Shown here piece after piece: positions 7,991 to 17,502 of a stretch of 64,000 nt of DNA (its first letter is position 1; every line of letters starts with the position of its first letter). The DNA is from a virus. Taxonomy: Duplodnaviria; Caudoviricetes. The DNA lies in IMG/VR virus record IMGVR_UViG_3300044446_000019, positions 12 through 64,011 of that record; one strand, given 5' to 3'. Below the pieces are notes generated by a model. The model had not been told where the DNA came from and searched no databases. It worked only from the letters and a program-made list of their open reading frames with translations. The translations under genes and the position numbers were made by a program.

Positions 7991-8310
7991 GGACACCTCC
8001 TAAAGAATTCTGGGGTCTCGTGGCCTCGTCGGCTCTCATGATTCTCCTGATGGTTCTGCTGCTGGGATGCGCGCCCGAGGAAGGCAACATCACGGACAAG
8101 AACTACATCCCTGCCTGGACCTCGTACGGCAGCACCTGTGTCAGTTACAACCAGAACGGAACCTGCAACTTTTCGGTGCCACGGACCTATCACCACTCGG
8201 AGGAGTTCTGCTTCGAGCTGGACGGTGGCACTTGGGACCGTTGCGTACCACAGGACATATGGAACAAGTACAAGGTCGGTGACTATTTCCCAGGGGTAGG
8301 TAAGGGTTAG
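7987..8310 (+). CDS. Putative lipoprotein
   Basis: Signal peptide with LLGC lipobox. Confidence 0.65.
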   Translation: MRTPPKEFWGLVASSALMILLMVLLLGCAPEEGNITDKNYIPAWTSYGSTCVSYNQNGTCNFSVPRTYHHSEEFCFELDGGTWDRCVPQDIWNKYKVGDYFPGVGKG

Positions 8311-8329
8311 CCCCCCGTACTCTTGATCT

Positions 8330-8554
8330 ATGACAGGTGGGGATGTTGCATTGGTGATCGGGGCCGCGACCGCGTTGATAACAACGGTCACGGCTTCTTT
8401 CATCGCACTGCGGCGTGAAGTAAGGATTGTCCACAGCATCGTGAACCAGGCCAGCACGGACGCGAGGGCATATAACCTGAAGCTATCCGACACGCTACGT
8501 GAGCACGGGATCGTGGTACCAGTGGACCCTTCCGTGGTGCCGCCAGGGGACTAG
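8330..8554 (+). CDS. Small membrane protein (holin-like topology possible)
   Basis: One N-terminal TM helix followed by EVRIVHSIVN. Confidence 0.5.
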   Translation: MTGGDVALVIGAATALITTVTASFIALRREVRIVHSIVNQASTDARAYNLKLSDTLREHGIVVPVDPSVVPPGD

Positions 8555-8563
8555 CCTCCCGGC

Positions 8564-9052
8564 ATGGACATCACCGTGTACGGCATGCCCGGACCCCAGG
8601 GCAGCAAGAAGTTCGTGGGCAGGAACAGCCAGGGCAAAGGGATCATCTTGGAAAACTCTGAGAAAGTCATCCCGTGGCGCAACGAGGTTAGTGAGGCTGC
8701 AACAAGGGAGCTGGATCGCATTGGGCGGCCAGCTCCCTTCGACGGTCCACTGTCTGTGCTGATGGTGTTTACGTTCCTGCGGCCCAAATCCGTCAAGCCA
8801 TCGAAACGTCTACATCCATCAGTGTATCCAGATTTGTCCAAAATTGTACGGGCCACGGAAGACGCGCTCACGGATGCTGGCGTTTGGCGAGATGATGCCT
8901 TGGTGGTGGACCTGGTGACGAGGAAGAGGTACGCGAACGAGGACGCCTGGGCCCTGGACCGTTCTGGCTGCTTCATCAGAATCGCCTCGGTGGTACCATT
9001 GGAACTACCCCCAGGGAGGGGGTACTTGGAACTGGAGGCTTCACATGAGTAA
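8564..9052 (+). CDS. rusA: RusA-like Holliday junction resolvase
   Basis: PGPQGSK...F..LRPKS...PDLSKIVRATEDALT...WRDDALVV. Confidence 0.9.
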   Translation: MDITVYGMPGPQGSKKFVGRNSQGKGIILENSEKVIPWRNEVSEAATRELDRIGRPAPFDGPLSVLMVFTFLRPKSVKPSKRLHPSVYPDLSKIVRATEDALTDAGVWRDDALVVDLVTRKRYANEDAWALDRSGCFIRIASVVPLELPPGRGYLELEASHE

Positions 9053-9299
9053 TAGAGATGGATACATACCCTGTTGGATAACGTTCTTGGTGGTGTTTGC
9101 GTTGTTCTGCGGCGCCATCACGGCGTTCTTTGTCTTGCCCAATCATGGCGATCACGTCGACTGCCTCCGTCTGCACGAACAGACCGGCCTTGCCACCAAG
9201 TACGCCCGGTCAGGGCCGAGCGGCGAATGTTACGTCCAGGTCGAAGACGGGCGCTGGGTTCCTGAGGACCGGTGGATGAACATGAGGGACGGGTCGTGA
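9045..9299 (+). CDS. Membrane protein
   Basis: TM helix plus a C...C domain. Confidence 0.6.
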   Translation: MSNRDGYIPCWITFLVVFALFCGAITAFFVLPNHGDHVDCLRLHEQTGLATKYARSGPSGECYVQVEDGRWVPEDRWMNMRDGS

Positions 9300-9493
9300 C
9301 CATCAAAAAAGACGTCCTTGTGCCGCTGGAGATTATTCTCCAGCGGCACAAGGATGAAGTGGTCCTGGAAGCTCTCGAATTGGCCGTACTCCTGTGGCCG
9401 GCTGGCGAAGAGGCAGTAACTGTACTGGAACCTGAGGTATGGGTGAGATTGCGCAGGTTCCTGCTAGATATCCCCGAAATCCTAGGAGTTTGA
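9296..9493 (+). CDS. Hypothetical protein
   Basis: GTGA coupling. Confidence 0.55.
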   Translation: MTIKKDVLVPLEIILQRHKDEVVLEALELAVLLWPAGEEAVTVLEPEVWVRLRRFLLDIPEILGV

Positions 9494-9494
9494 A

Positions 9495-9866
9495 GTGCTG
9501 CAAGATGTCGCCCCGGCTGCGTTCTCGGCTGGGATTGTCTTCGGGATCCTTCTCCGCTTCTACGAGGGACGCCCCCTGGTAGCCAAGATCAAGAGTAGAC
9601 AGGTGAAGGAACCGGTCGTTGATCCCGAGGTAGTCGAACTAGAGAAGACCGAAACCTTCCTGGCTGTGATGCACGACGACACCCAGGATGACATCAGATT
9701 GAAGAACTACAAGCCGGTGAAGATCCGCAACCGGGCACCGCTCGCCATCACTGCCAGGCCCTCGAACACGTTGACGCACATGGCCAGCATCCGGTCCTAC
9801 ATGCAGGAACATGGACCTAACGCCCAACACACCAAGGTGATGGCCAAAGAAGTACGCAAGGACTGA
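9495..9866 (+). CDS. Hypothetical membrane-anchored protein
   Basis: AGGAG RBS; N-terminal hydrophobic segment. Confidence 0.55.
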   Translation: MLQDVAPAAFSAGIVFGILLRFYEGRPLVAKIKSRQVKEPVVDPEVVELEKTETFLAVMHDDTQDDIRLKNYKPVKIRNRAPLAITARPSNTLTHMASIRSYMQEHGPNAQHTKVMAKEVRKD

Positions 9867-9868
9867 CG

Positions 9869-10093
9869 ATGAAGAACAAGAATTTCCGCTCGGTGGGTTA
9901 CTGCGAGGTCTGCGACAAGCAGCTCTACGCAGACCGGGCATCCGCGAAGGCGGTGTGTCGGCTGTTCCCAGCTGAGCACAAGACGCCCTACCGGTGCCCG
10001 GACCAGGAGCAGTACTTCCACACCGGCGGACTTTCTAAGGAGGTCATTCGGGGCAACTTCAGCCGAGATGACATCTACGGGAGGGCCTCGTAG
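9869..10093 (+). CDS. Small Zn-finger-like protein
   Basis: CEVCDK...YRCP...FH. Confidence 0.7.
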   Translation: MKNKNFRSVGYCEVCDKQLYADRASAKAVCRLFPAEHKTPYRCPDQEQYFHTGGLSKEVIRGNFSRDDIYGRAS

Positions 10094-10105
10094 GCTAGAG
10101 GTCTA

Positions 10106-10177
<72 letters not shown>

Positions 10178-10192
10178 CTTAACGGAAAGACT

Positions 10193-10426
10193 TTGATGAA
10201 AGCTGTCATCAGTTACAGCGTGGCCAACACAGTTCACGAGCTGAGCGTTGAAGCGCCGTTCGTGAGCACTCAACTGTTCTCCGATGGCCAGGCCATGATC
10301 ATGCTCAGAGACGAGGACTACGGAATGCCCACAGAGGTGATCCAACTCCGAAGTGTCTGGGTCATCAGAAAAACCGGCATCAGCCCAGCCCCTGTAGCTC
10401 AACAGGACAGAGCAGTTCCTTCCTAA
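10193..10426 (+). CDS. Hypothetical protein between the tRNAs (3' end overlaps tRNA-Arg)
   Basis: ORF track. Confidence 0.45.
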   Translation: MMKAVISYSVANTVHELSVEAPFVSTQLFSDGQAMIMLRDEDYGMPTEVIQLRSVWVIRKTGISPAPVAQQDRAVPS

Positions 10427-10460
10427 GGAACAGGTCCGGGTTCAACTCCTGGCAGGGGCT
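10388..10460 (+). tRNA. tRNA-Arg(CCT)
   Basis: GCCCCTG/CAGGGGC acceptor; GTTCC-TTCCTAA-GGAAC anticodon arm; TTCAACT T loop. Confidence 0.85.
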
Positions 10461-10482
10461 CTCCCCAAGGAAGTAGGTAGCC

Positions 10483-11556
10483 ATGACCCGAGAACAGAAG
10501 ATGGCCAGGATTGGTTGGTCATTACTCCTAGCCATCATCCTGGTAATCGGTGCGATCTACTGGACACAGCCAGCATCTGCCTCAGTGGCAACGCAGCTAC
10601 AAACGGCACGGGATAACCTGAGCAACTGTCAGCTCCTAGAACGCAACAGCACCGGGGCTCAACGAACCAGAGCCCAGGTCTGCATCGCGGACCAACAGCG
10701 CATCGTCACGTTGCTCACGTCGACTATTCCACCCACCAACACCGCGTCACCGACGAGCCCTGTCACCTCCACCTCTGCCCCACCGACTACACCTGCCACG
10801 ACTGGTCCCGTTCAAAACAACAACAACTGCGCACCGAGCCCCAGTGCCTGCGGGTTCCCCGATGCTTCCAACACCGGGGTTCCTGCGGGCACTGTGCTGT
10901 CTGCGGCCGGTACCGCCACCATCACTACGCCCAACACGACCATCGTCGGCAAGGATTTGGGCTGTCTGACGGTGGAGGCAGCCAACGTGACTATCCGTAA
11001 CAGCCGCATCGGTGGTCAGTGCTTCTTCGTGGTTCGAGCTAACTCCTCCGGTCTGGTGATCCAGGACTCGGAGATCAGCTGTGAGAACTCCACCGGTACC
11101 GGCATCGGTGGACGGGGGTTTGTAGCCCAGCGGGTCGAGTTCACCGGCTGCGAGAACGGTCTCAGCATGGACGCTGATGCCACCGTGTCGGACTCCTACA
11201 TCCACGCCATGTACATCGCCAACGGTGGCCACACGGACGGCATCCAGATCTACAGCGGCGCCGATAACATCTGGGTTTTACACAACACCATCTTCAACGA
11301 GAACAACGGTGGCACGTCGGCGATCATCGGCGACAACAACAACATGACCAACATCAACATTCAGGGCAACCTGTTGGCCGGCGGCGCTTACACGCTCTAC
11401 TGCCCCACCAGGACCAGTGGTCCTGTCACCAACAACCGGATCAGCAAACTCTTCAAGGCCCAGGGTGGCCAGTACGGTCCCTGGATCCACTGTGAACTGG
11501 CCCAGCCTCGTACTGGAAACGTATGGGACGGCGACGGTTCTCCGTTACCCTTCTAG
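10483..11556 (+). CDS. Secreted right-handed beta-helix (pectin-lyase-like) protein
   Basis: Signal peptide, Thr/Pro linker, GFPDASNTGVP, repeated VTIRNS/IQDSEI/HTDGIQ/HNTI strands. Confidence 0.8.
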   Translation: MTREQKMARIGWSLLLAIILVIGAIYWTQPASASVATQLQTARDNLSNCQLLERNSTGAQRTRAQVCIADQQRIVTLLTSTIPPTNTASPTSPVTSTSAPPTTPATTGPVQNNNNCAPSPSACGFPDASNTGVPAGTVLSAAGTATITTPNTTIVGKDLGCLTVEAANVTIRNSRIGGQCFFVVRANSSGLVIQDSEISCENSTGTGIGGRGFVAQRVEFTGCENGLSMDADATVSDSYIHAMYIANGGHTDGIQIYSGADNIWVLHNTIFNENNGGTSAIIGDNNNMTNINIQGNLLAGGAYTLYCPTRTSGPVTNNRISKLFKAQGGQYGPWIHCELAQPRTGNVWDGDGSPLPF

Positions 11557-11566
11557 TTCGCGTGAA

Positions 11567-11606
11567 ACAGAGGCCGTTATCGGGATACCCGGTGGCGGCC
11601 TCTGTT
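11567..11606. terminator. Bidirectional terminator between convergent operons
   Basis: AACAGAGGCCG...CGGCCTCTGTT. Confidence 0.55.
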
Positions 11607-11888
11607 CGTGTGCGGGGTCAACGTCTCCCAGTCAGGGGTCGGGATCGGGAGGTCAACACCGAGGCCGTGGATGGCGTTCTCCATCAGGTTCATGGCCCGT
11701 TTGTGTGCCCACCACTGATCCCGAGCGGCCACGTTAAATCTGACCTGGAGGACACCGAGACCGTTACCTAGGGTCTGCGGGTCGCTGTACCACCAGTACT
11801 CCTCGCATGCCTGCCGTAATCGACGCAGGATGTAGCCATGGCCCACCTCTATTGGATAGGTGAAGGTGTAGCGGCGATGACAGGTCAC
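11577..11888 (-). CDS. Hypothetical protein
   Basis: ORF at the end of the late operon. Confidence 0.55.
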   Translation of the reverse strand: MTCHRRYTFTYPIEVGHGYILRRLRQACEEYWWYSDPQTLGNGLGVLQVRFNVAARDQWWAHKRAMNLMENAIHGLGVDLPIPTPDWETLTPHTNRGRHRVSR

Positions 11889-11912
11889 TTCTTTAGTAAA
11901 CCAGGCAGTGGA

Positions 11913-12665
11913 TCAGTCCGACAGATGAGTCTTGTCCAGCTCCTCGCGGACAATCACGCGAACGGCATCTAGGTCCACGGGAGCTGGCTCGGGAACTGAC
12001 AGTGCATTCAGTTTGGCGAGGATCTCGTTCATCTTGACGGTCAGTTGGTTGGGCACGACCAAATTTGAGACCGAGACATTGCTAATTCCGGTGGCCTCGG
12101 TAGTCATCCCCAGCACGGATTGCAGGTAGTGCTCGGAGTTGTTGACTTGCGCATGTTCGAGCGGGTCGAGTGGCACTTCGGGTTCCTCTTCTCCTCCTGG
12201 TAGCAGGCTCCACGTACCCAGGCTGGTGTTCTGAAAGTCAGTCCGAACGGAAATATGAATGTGATCAAAGTGGTCACTGTTCGTTTGTGCTACCCAACCA
12301 TGACGAACGTCGTAAATCTTCGCCTGCCAGATCAGATACTTCAACCACGGCATCCGGCCGGCCCGAGCTTCAACGATCCAGTAGTTGAACATCGCCTGGC
12401 ACACCACACCCTTGGAGGGCTGGTTCATGATGTCCGTGGCGAATACGACCGGGTACGGGGAGGGCTTGATCTTGTACCCATCGGCGCTGAAGGGTGTGTG
12501 ATCAAGAGGGGGGTTGGCCTGGTAGTGCGCGTCGTTGGCGAACCAACTGAACGGTCCGGCCCCAGGGAACGCAGCCTTCATCCGCTCGACAATCTCGCGG
12601 ACAGGTCTCGCTGGCGTCAGGGGCTTGCCCTGAGCCAGCCAGGTGTAGTACATGGCGACGGCCAT
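11913..12665 (-). CDS. Probable endolysin (Zn-peptidase-like)
   Basis: H..DH...ATDI...YLIW...HFDHIHIS motifs. Confidence 0.7.
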   Translation of the reverse strand: MAVAMYYTWLAQGKPLTPARPVREIVERMKAAFPGAGPFSWFANDAHYQANPPLDHTPFSADGYKIKPSPYPVVFATDIMNQPSKGVVCQAMFNYWIVEARAGRMPWLKYLIWQAKIYDVRHGWVAQTNSDHFDHIHISVRTDFQNTSLGTWSLLPGGEEEPEVPLDPLEHAQVNNSEHYLQSVLGMTTEATGISNVSVSNLVVPNQLTVKMNEILAKLNALSVPEPAPVDLDAVRVIVREELDKTHLSD

Positions 12666-12679
12666 GAGGGCAGTATGCC

Positions 12680-13273
12680 CTAAGCTGCGTCACCCTGTCC
12701 TGGTTGCCCGGAACTGTTCTGTCCGTGCGCGTGATAGGTCCAGGTCCGCTCGGCCAGGTGAACCATGTTCAGGCCACGCTCGCAGGCCAGCTTGGACACG
12801 CCCGTGATGAACGCCCAGTCCTCATTGGAGAACGGCCCTGGCGCTGAGTCAGGGAATCCGACCTCTTTCGCGATGTCGGTACGTACCAGGTGTCCCATGG
12901 TGGTGTGATGAGGAGTGCACGGATTGAAGGGGAGACCGAAGTGACCGAGGGGATCGTGGCCGTGGAACCAGGGGAACACGAACACAGCGTCTGTCTCGAC
13001 TGCTACTCGCAAGAGCTTTTCGAGGTGTTCGGGGTCCCATTCATCATCGGAATCAAGCCATGCTATCCACTTTGTATCCACGTTGCGCAACAAGGTTTGC
13101 CGTGTCCAGCCGGCTCCCCGGCGGCCACTATCATTAACCACGCTGATCGCTTCTGGTGGATTAGTCTGTGCAATCACGGAAGCCAGTGCTCGTGCGAGCA
13201 GCCCCCCACGAATTCGAGCTGGGTGCGCAGCGATCGCTACCGTGACACCGGGGCGTAGTGGCTGATGGGTCAT
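12680..13273 (-). CDS. Glycosyltransferase family 2
   Basis: RALASV..Q...WIAWLDSDDEW...EDW. Confidence 0.85.
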   Translation of the reverse strand: MTHQPLRPGVTVAIAAHPARIRGGLLARALASVIAQTNPPEAISVVNDSGRRGAGWTRQTLLRNVDTKWIAWLDSDDEWDPEHLEKLLRVAVETDAVFVFPWFHGHDPLGHFGLPFNPCTPHHTTMGHLVRTDIAKEVGFPDSAPGPFSNEDWAFITGVSKLACERGLNMVHLAERTWTYHAHGQNSSGQPGQGDAA

Positions 13274-13298
13274 TGGATCTTCTCCATGAAGACTTCCA

Positions 13299-13463
13299 TC
13301 ACTGTCGCTCCTTCATGAGCTTGTAGCAGTTGTCGCATAGATACACCCCGAACGGGAGCAGGAACTCCATCCGCAAGATGGCAGACTTCCCGCACTTGAG
13401 AACCACCGGTTTACCGGAGACCTTCTCATGGCTGACACTGGCTTCACAGGGATCCGTGCTCAT
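13299..13463 (-). CDS. Small Cys-rich protein (54 aa; not in the ORF track)
   Basis: MSTDPCEA...KCGK...LCDNCYK; fills the gap. Confidence 0.5.
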   Translation of the reverse strand: MSTDPCEASVSHEKVSGKPVVLKCGKSAILRMEFLLPFGVYLCDNCYKLMKERQ

Positions 13464-14115
13464 GAAGATGCCACCAGGTGAACCACGGCAGGTTCATGTT
13501 CCACTTGTACCCCTCATGTAATTGGAACAAAACGGGCAGGGACAGCTGGTCCTGGTGTGACCAGTTGATGCACTCCTGCCACCACTGTTCCCCGATCTCG
13601 ATAGTCTCAGGCGTATGACGTCTAACGTTTGCGCCTGTTGCGATGAGTCCCAGGCCCGCACCGTGGCCTATGGACCGGTAGAAGGCTGCCTGCTTCAAGA
13701 TGGATTCAGCGTCGTAACGCCATGTGAGTGTGGCGGAGAAGTCTGCTTCTGGGTAGATGCACGAGCGGGCTGGGTGGGGCACACAGGACCACTCGTCATC
13801 CTGGAGAGCTTCGAGGCACCGGGAGACGTAGTCATCGACCACTATCTCCATACTCCCATCAATCCACATAGTGACATCAGTGTCTGGGACGGCAAGAGCA
13901 GGGTGACACTTCCAGAACTTGTGAGCCAGCATTGGTGCAGTGATGGAGGGGGCACCCTTGAGGGTGACGATGCCATGATTTACGACCCTGACCTCCCAAC
14001 CGGGAGCATCTCGGGGACGGTCTGAGTACATGATGGCCGGCACCCCTAGGTTGGCGGGTACCGGCTTCACCCAGTCGGAGTTACCGTAGATTGCGGTATA
14101 CAGGGCCAGCTTCAC
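13444..14115 (-). CDS. Glycosyltransferase-like protein (DUF616/TOD1-type)
   Basis: YTAIYG..D...WIDGS...HPARSCIYPEA...DQLSLP. Confidence 0.8.
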   Translation of the reverse strand: MKLALYTAIYGNSDWVKPVPANLGVPAIMYSDRPRDAPGWEVRVVNHGIVTLKGAPSITAPMLAHKFWKCHPALAVPDTDVTMWIDGSMEIVVDDYVSRCLEALQDDEWSCVPHPARSCIYPEADFSATLTWRYDAESILKQAAFYRSIGHGAGLGLIATGANVRRHTPETIEIGEQWWQECINWSHQDQLSLPVLFQLHEGYKWNMNLPWFTWWHLHEHGSL

Positions 14116-14994
14116 TCAAGAACCCGTTGACGTATGTCCGCCGGTGGCCACGTAATGGGAAGTGATCGCCACCTCCTCCGGCTTGTACGAGTCGATCACC
14201 GGATCCAGATAGTGCCAACGGAACGTTGGCTGCCACCCCAGCAGTTCCCAGCCTTCACCTTGAGCGCAGATGTTGGCGCCTGCTTCCTCGCCCAGACGCA
14301 TCGGAAGCATGAGGACACCGGCGTCCTGGTTATTGGTGTAATTCTGGACGTACTCGATCACGTCCATGACGTGTTGCGGGTTACCGGTGCCGGCGTCAAA
14401 CACCTCATCGTCACCGAACCCGGTCGCCTCCACCAGCATCCGTGCCACGTCCTCAGACCGGACCATATCCACGGTCTGTGAACCGTTGCCCCACATGGGA
14501 AGCGGCTTACCCTCCCAGGCAAGGGTGGCCCAGGTCGGCAGGAACTTTTGCGGATGACCGGGGCCGTGTTTCTGGCCAGTACCAAAAGCATTGAAGGCTC
14601 GGACATGCGAAACAGGTACCGAGAAGTTCCGGTTCCAGGCTGTGGCCAATCTCTTCGCACACAGTTTCGTAGCCTGGTACACGTTCGCCCAGTTGCTGTC
14701 CGGCATCGTGATCCCAACGAAGCCGGCACTGTTCTTCTTGCACCATTCCAGGATCCTGATGGTCCCGATCACGTTGGCTTCCACGGCTTCCTCGGGAGTG
14801 TCGAACAGCTCCGCCGTCCCCAACATCCCTGCCATGTGGATCACGCATTCGGCATCCTTCAGATCTTTCAGGTCTCCGAGCACATCGTTTCCGTCAGACC
14901 GGTCAAACCTCCATGCCGTGTGTCCGTTGGCTTCCGCGTACGCAATGGTGGCGGAGCCCAGGAAGCCCCCGCCACCGGTAACTGCAATCCTCAT
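14116..14994 (-). CDS. NAD-dependent epimerase/dehydratase
   Basis: VTGGGGFLGS Rossmann motif; YQATK. Confidence 0.9.
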   Translation of the reverse strand: MRIAVTGGGGFLGSATIAYAEANGHTAWRFDRSDGNDVLGDLKDLKDAECVIHMAGMLGTAELFDTPEEAVEANVIGTIRILEWCKKNSAGFVGITMPDSNWANVYQATKLCAKRLATAWNRNFSVPVSHVRAFNAFGTGQKHGPGHPQKFLPTWATLAWEGKPLPMWGNGSQTVDMVRSEDVARMLVEATGFGDDEVFDAGTGNPQHVMDVIEYVQNYTNNQDAGVLMLPMRLGEEAGANICAQGEGWELLGWQPTFRWHYLDPVIDSYKPEEVAITSHYVATGGHTSTGS

Positions 14995-14997
14995 CCG

Positions 14998-15672
14998 CTA
15001 CTCCTCGTCCACACCGCTCAGGAAATTCTTCAGCTCTTCCAGTGCGAACACTGGATCAACAGCGTAAGCCCTGTTGATCACGTTATCTGGTACCACGTCC
15101 AGCTTGACGTAGTCCTCGGTGATGATGTGCAACAACTCGGGCATCCCGTATCTGGCGGCGCTGAGCTTCTGTTCGCGGCCGAAGCCGTACACCAGCAGCG
15201 TCCCCGTGGGCTGGGTGTTGACTTCCAGCACGGTCAGGTCTGGCCGGAAGCGCATCAGGACGTGCGTCACCTTCCATACGTCACCGGTCCAGTCACCGGG
15301 GCACTGCACCCGGTTGGCCTCTTCCTGGTTGCGTGGAAGGACATCATCGAGCACGACCACGGAATCCTTGCCCGTGTACTTCTCGATGTTCAGGAAGTCC
15401 TGGAGGGCTTGCTCGCAATGGTGCAGACCGTCAATGAAACCAAAGTCGATGGAGAAAATGGGAGGGTACGGGTTAGCGAAGTATTCGTCAGATGACATCG
15501 GGTAAACGAGCCGGTTGCCGCTGGACTGGACGAACGGTTGCGGGTCAACGCCGATGGCTACCTCGGCAGCATGGGCCAGATTCAGGCTGGCTCCATGTTG
15601 GACACCCACCTCCAGGTATACCCGAGGCTTCACTACATTGTGTACGTGAGACAAAAACTCATGCAGGTGCAT
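14998..15672 (-). CDS. Class I SAM-dependent methyltransferase (Methyltransf_24-like)
   Basis: YLEVGV..G.S...FIDGLH...DF...VLDD...WTGDVWK. Confidence 0.85.
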   Translation of the reverse strand: MHLHEFLSHVHNVVKPRVYLEVGVQHGASLNLAHAAEVAIGVDPQPFVQSSGNRLVYPMSSDEYFANPYPPIFSIDFGFIDGLHHCEQALQDFLNIEKYTGKDSVVVLDDVLPRNQEEANRVQCPGDWTGDVWKVTHVLMRFRPDLTVLEVNTQPTGTLLVYGFGREQKLSAARYGMPELLHIITEDYVKLDVVPDNVINRAYAVDPVFALEELKNFLSGVDEE

Positions 15673-15709
15673 ACGATCACCGTGTCGTCTGTAGGGTTAC
15701 CATCTCCTG

Positions 15710-16138
15710 ATGGTAACCGCTGAGGATAGATTCTGGGGAAAAGTCGAGAAAGGTCACCATTGGATATGGCAGGGGAGACCGAACGGTCATGGATACGGAC
15801 GTATCAGTGTCAACGGGAAACTTCGGTACGCTCACGTTTTCTCGTACCAGCTGAACGTGGGTGAGATTCCTCAGGGCCTTCAGATTGACCACCTGTGCCG
15901 GGTCCGTATATGTGTCCGACCTGATCATCTGGAGGCAGTGACGCAGGGGACCAACCTCCTGAGAGGAATCGGGATCGCTGCGATCAACGCCAAGAAGACC
16001 CATTGCCCTCAGGGTCATCCACTGGCATATCCCAACGTCTATATATGGAGAGGATGTCGCCGCTGTATCCGCTGCAACAATGAAGCGCAGGCATGCAGGC
16101 GTCACCAAGGACGTCTCCCCCATTTATCCACAAAGTAG
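15710..16138 (+). CDS. HNH homing endonuclease, antisense insertion
   Basis: RFWGKV...GYG...AH...IDHLCR...CVRPDHLEAVT..N...KTHCPQGH. Confidence 0.9.
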   Translation: MVTAEDRFWGKVEKGHHWIWQGRPNGHGYGRISVNGKLRYAHVFSYQLNVGEIPQGLQIDHLCRVRICVRPDHLEAVTQGTNLLRGIGIAAINAKKTHCPQGHPLAYPNVYIWRGCRRCIRCNNEAQACRRHQGRLPHLSTK

Positions 16139-16767
16139 GCCATGTCTCTGGCGATACATTCCTGGAGTTCGGGAGTCACTTGTCCATTGGGGTACAGGTG
16201 TTCAACGGGGTACCCACCCACCATATTCATGCCGCCAGCCTCACGGGAACGCCAGTCCAGGTCATCGTCACCGGCCCACCATTGGAATCTCTCATCTGCC
16301 CGGAGCCTTTTCTCACCGGCCAGCATGAAAGCGAACCCCTGCATTCGTACTTCCAGCGGTACGGCTACTGGAGTCAGTAGGACCGAGTCACTGACGCCAG
16401 GATGTCCACCGGAACAGGCAGCAGCGCAGTCGAACTTCCGTAGACCTATTGCTACAGCTTCGAACCAGCCCGATGGAACAATGACGTCGTCATTGATGAC
16501 GGCCACGTCCCAGGTTTCTTTCTTCTCTATCTCCGCCAACATGGCCACTGTCTCAAGGCCCTGGTTCCACCAGCAGGAAATGTTGACGGCATCGCAGTAC
16601 GTGTACGCCCAACCTATTTTCCTGCCGGCCAGGTGTTTGTGTACGAAATCTGGGAACACATCTGGAGAGGTTCGGATCAGGTATACGAAATCAACCTGGG
16701 GCACGATCGCATCCAGACACTGTTCCAGGCAGTCACGCCCGTTCGTCGGGATCACGGCGAACTTCAC
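16102..16767 (-). CDS. Glycosyltransferase family 2-like
   Basis: AVIPT...WNQG...INDDV...DERF.WW.GDDDL. Confidence 0.8.
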   Translation of the reverse strand: MKFAVIPTNGRDCLEQCLDAIVPQVDFVYLIRTSPDVFPDFVHKHLAGRKIGWAYTYCDAVNISCWWNQGLETVAMLAEIEKKETWDVAVINDDVIVPSGWFEAVAIGLRKFDCAAACSGGHPGVSDSVLLTPVAVPLEVRMQGFAFMLAGEKRLRADERFQWWAGDDDLDWRSREAGGMNMVGGYPVEHLYPNGQVTPELQECIARDMAYFVDKWGRRPW

Positions 16768-16927
16768 CCGTCACCTCCAGGTTGAACATGTAGTTCAGTG
16801 CGGCGGCTAGACCTGCCCGCCTCCGGTCACCTGGTGCGTCCGGAGGTGTCGACGCCCATGCCTGGTGGAAGACTTCAAGGGTTGTTTCATCGAAGTCTTC
16901 CGGCGAGAACCATATTTTCGTCTCCAT
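16733..16927 (-). CDS. Hypothetical protein
   Basis: Coupled ORF. Confidence 0.5.
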   Translation of the reverse strand: METKIWFSPEDFDETTLEVFHQAWASTPPDAPGDRRRAGLAAALNYMFNLEVTGEVRRDPDERA

Positions 16928-17148
16928 CAGAACGCCGGCAATCCGTAGTGCTTCCGCCCGCAGGTGGAGCAGCGAGCAGACACAGTGGACGTGTCTTCTT
17001 CCAAGCCACCGGCACCGATGCGACCAGTGGGCTGGACCGAGTAGACCCCGGCTCCACAGTCAACACAGACGTCAGCTATCAGAGGGCCGTGGATGGTTTC
17101 CCGGAAGCTGTAGCCATCCTTGAAACGGTGCCAGGCTCCAGCGATCAT
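16927..17148 (-). CDS. Small Zn-ribbon protein
   Basis: CVDCG...CSTCG. Confidence 0.55.
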   Translation of the reverse strand: MIAGAWHRFKDGYSFRETIHGPLIADVCVDCGAGVYSVQPTGRIGAGGLEEDTSTVSARCSTCGRKHYGLPAF

Positions 17149-17154
17149 GTGCGC

Positions 17155-17502
17155 TCACTCATAGGTAGTTACCGTGATCTGCTTCGCGAATGTCTGAGTC
17201 AACGTGATCGTATCGTCGTACTCGCCCCAGAAATCAACGTTGGATTCACCCGCCGCGATCTCGTACATGAACGAGAACAGCTCGGTGGAGTCATCCTGCC
17301 GGATGACTAACTGGTACATGATGGTCCACCGGGTCTTTCCGTCGATCCCATTGTGCTCCACGTGCCAAAGGACCCCATGTTCATCGGACTGGGTCTCACC
17401 CACCCTGGAGAAACTCAGTTCTGTCAGAGTGTCCTTGTCGATGGTGGCCCCTAGGCGCGTTCCATGAGCATTGCCGCTGTCCATGCTTCGTGCCACCTCC
17501 AA
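17155..17502 (-). CDS. Hypothetical protein (start uncertain)
   Basis: RW...YQLVIR...KQITVTTYE, phage-like. Confidence 0.55.
   Translation of the reverse strand: MEVARSMDSGNAHGTRLGATIDKDTLTELSFSRVGETQSDEHGVLWHVEHNGIDGKTRWTIMYQLVIRQDDSTELFSFMYEIAAGESNVDFWGEYDDTITLTQTFAKQITVTTYE

Noticed and set aside
11555-11570. Degenerate parS-like AGTTCGCGTGAAACA
   Set aside because: Mismatched, isolated and overlapping a stop codon and terminator.
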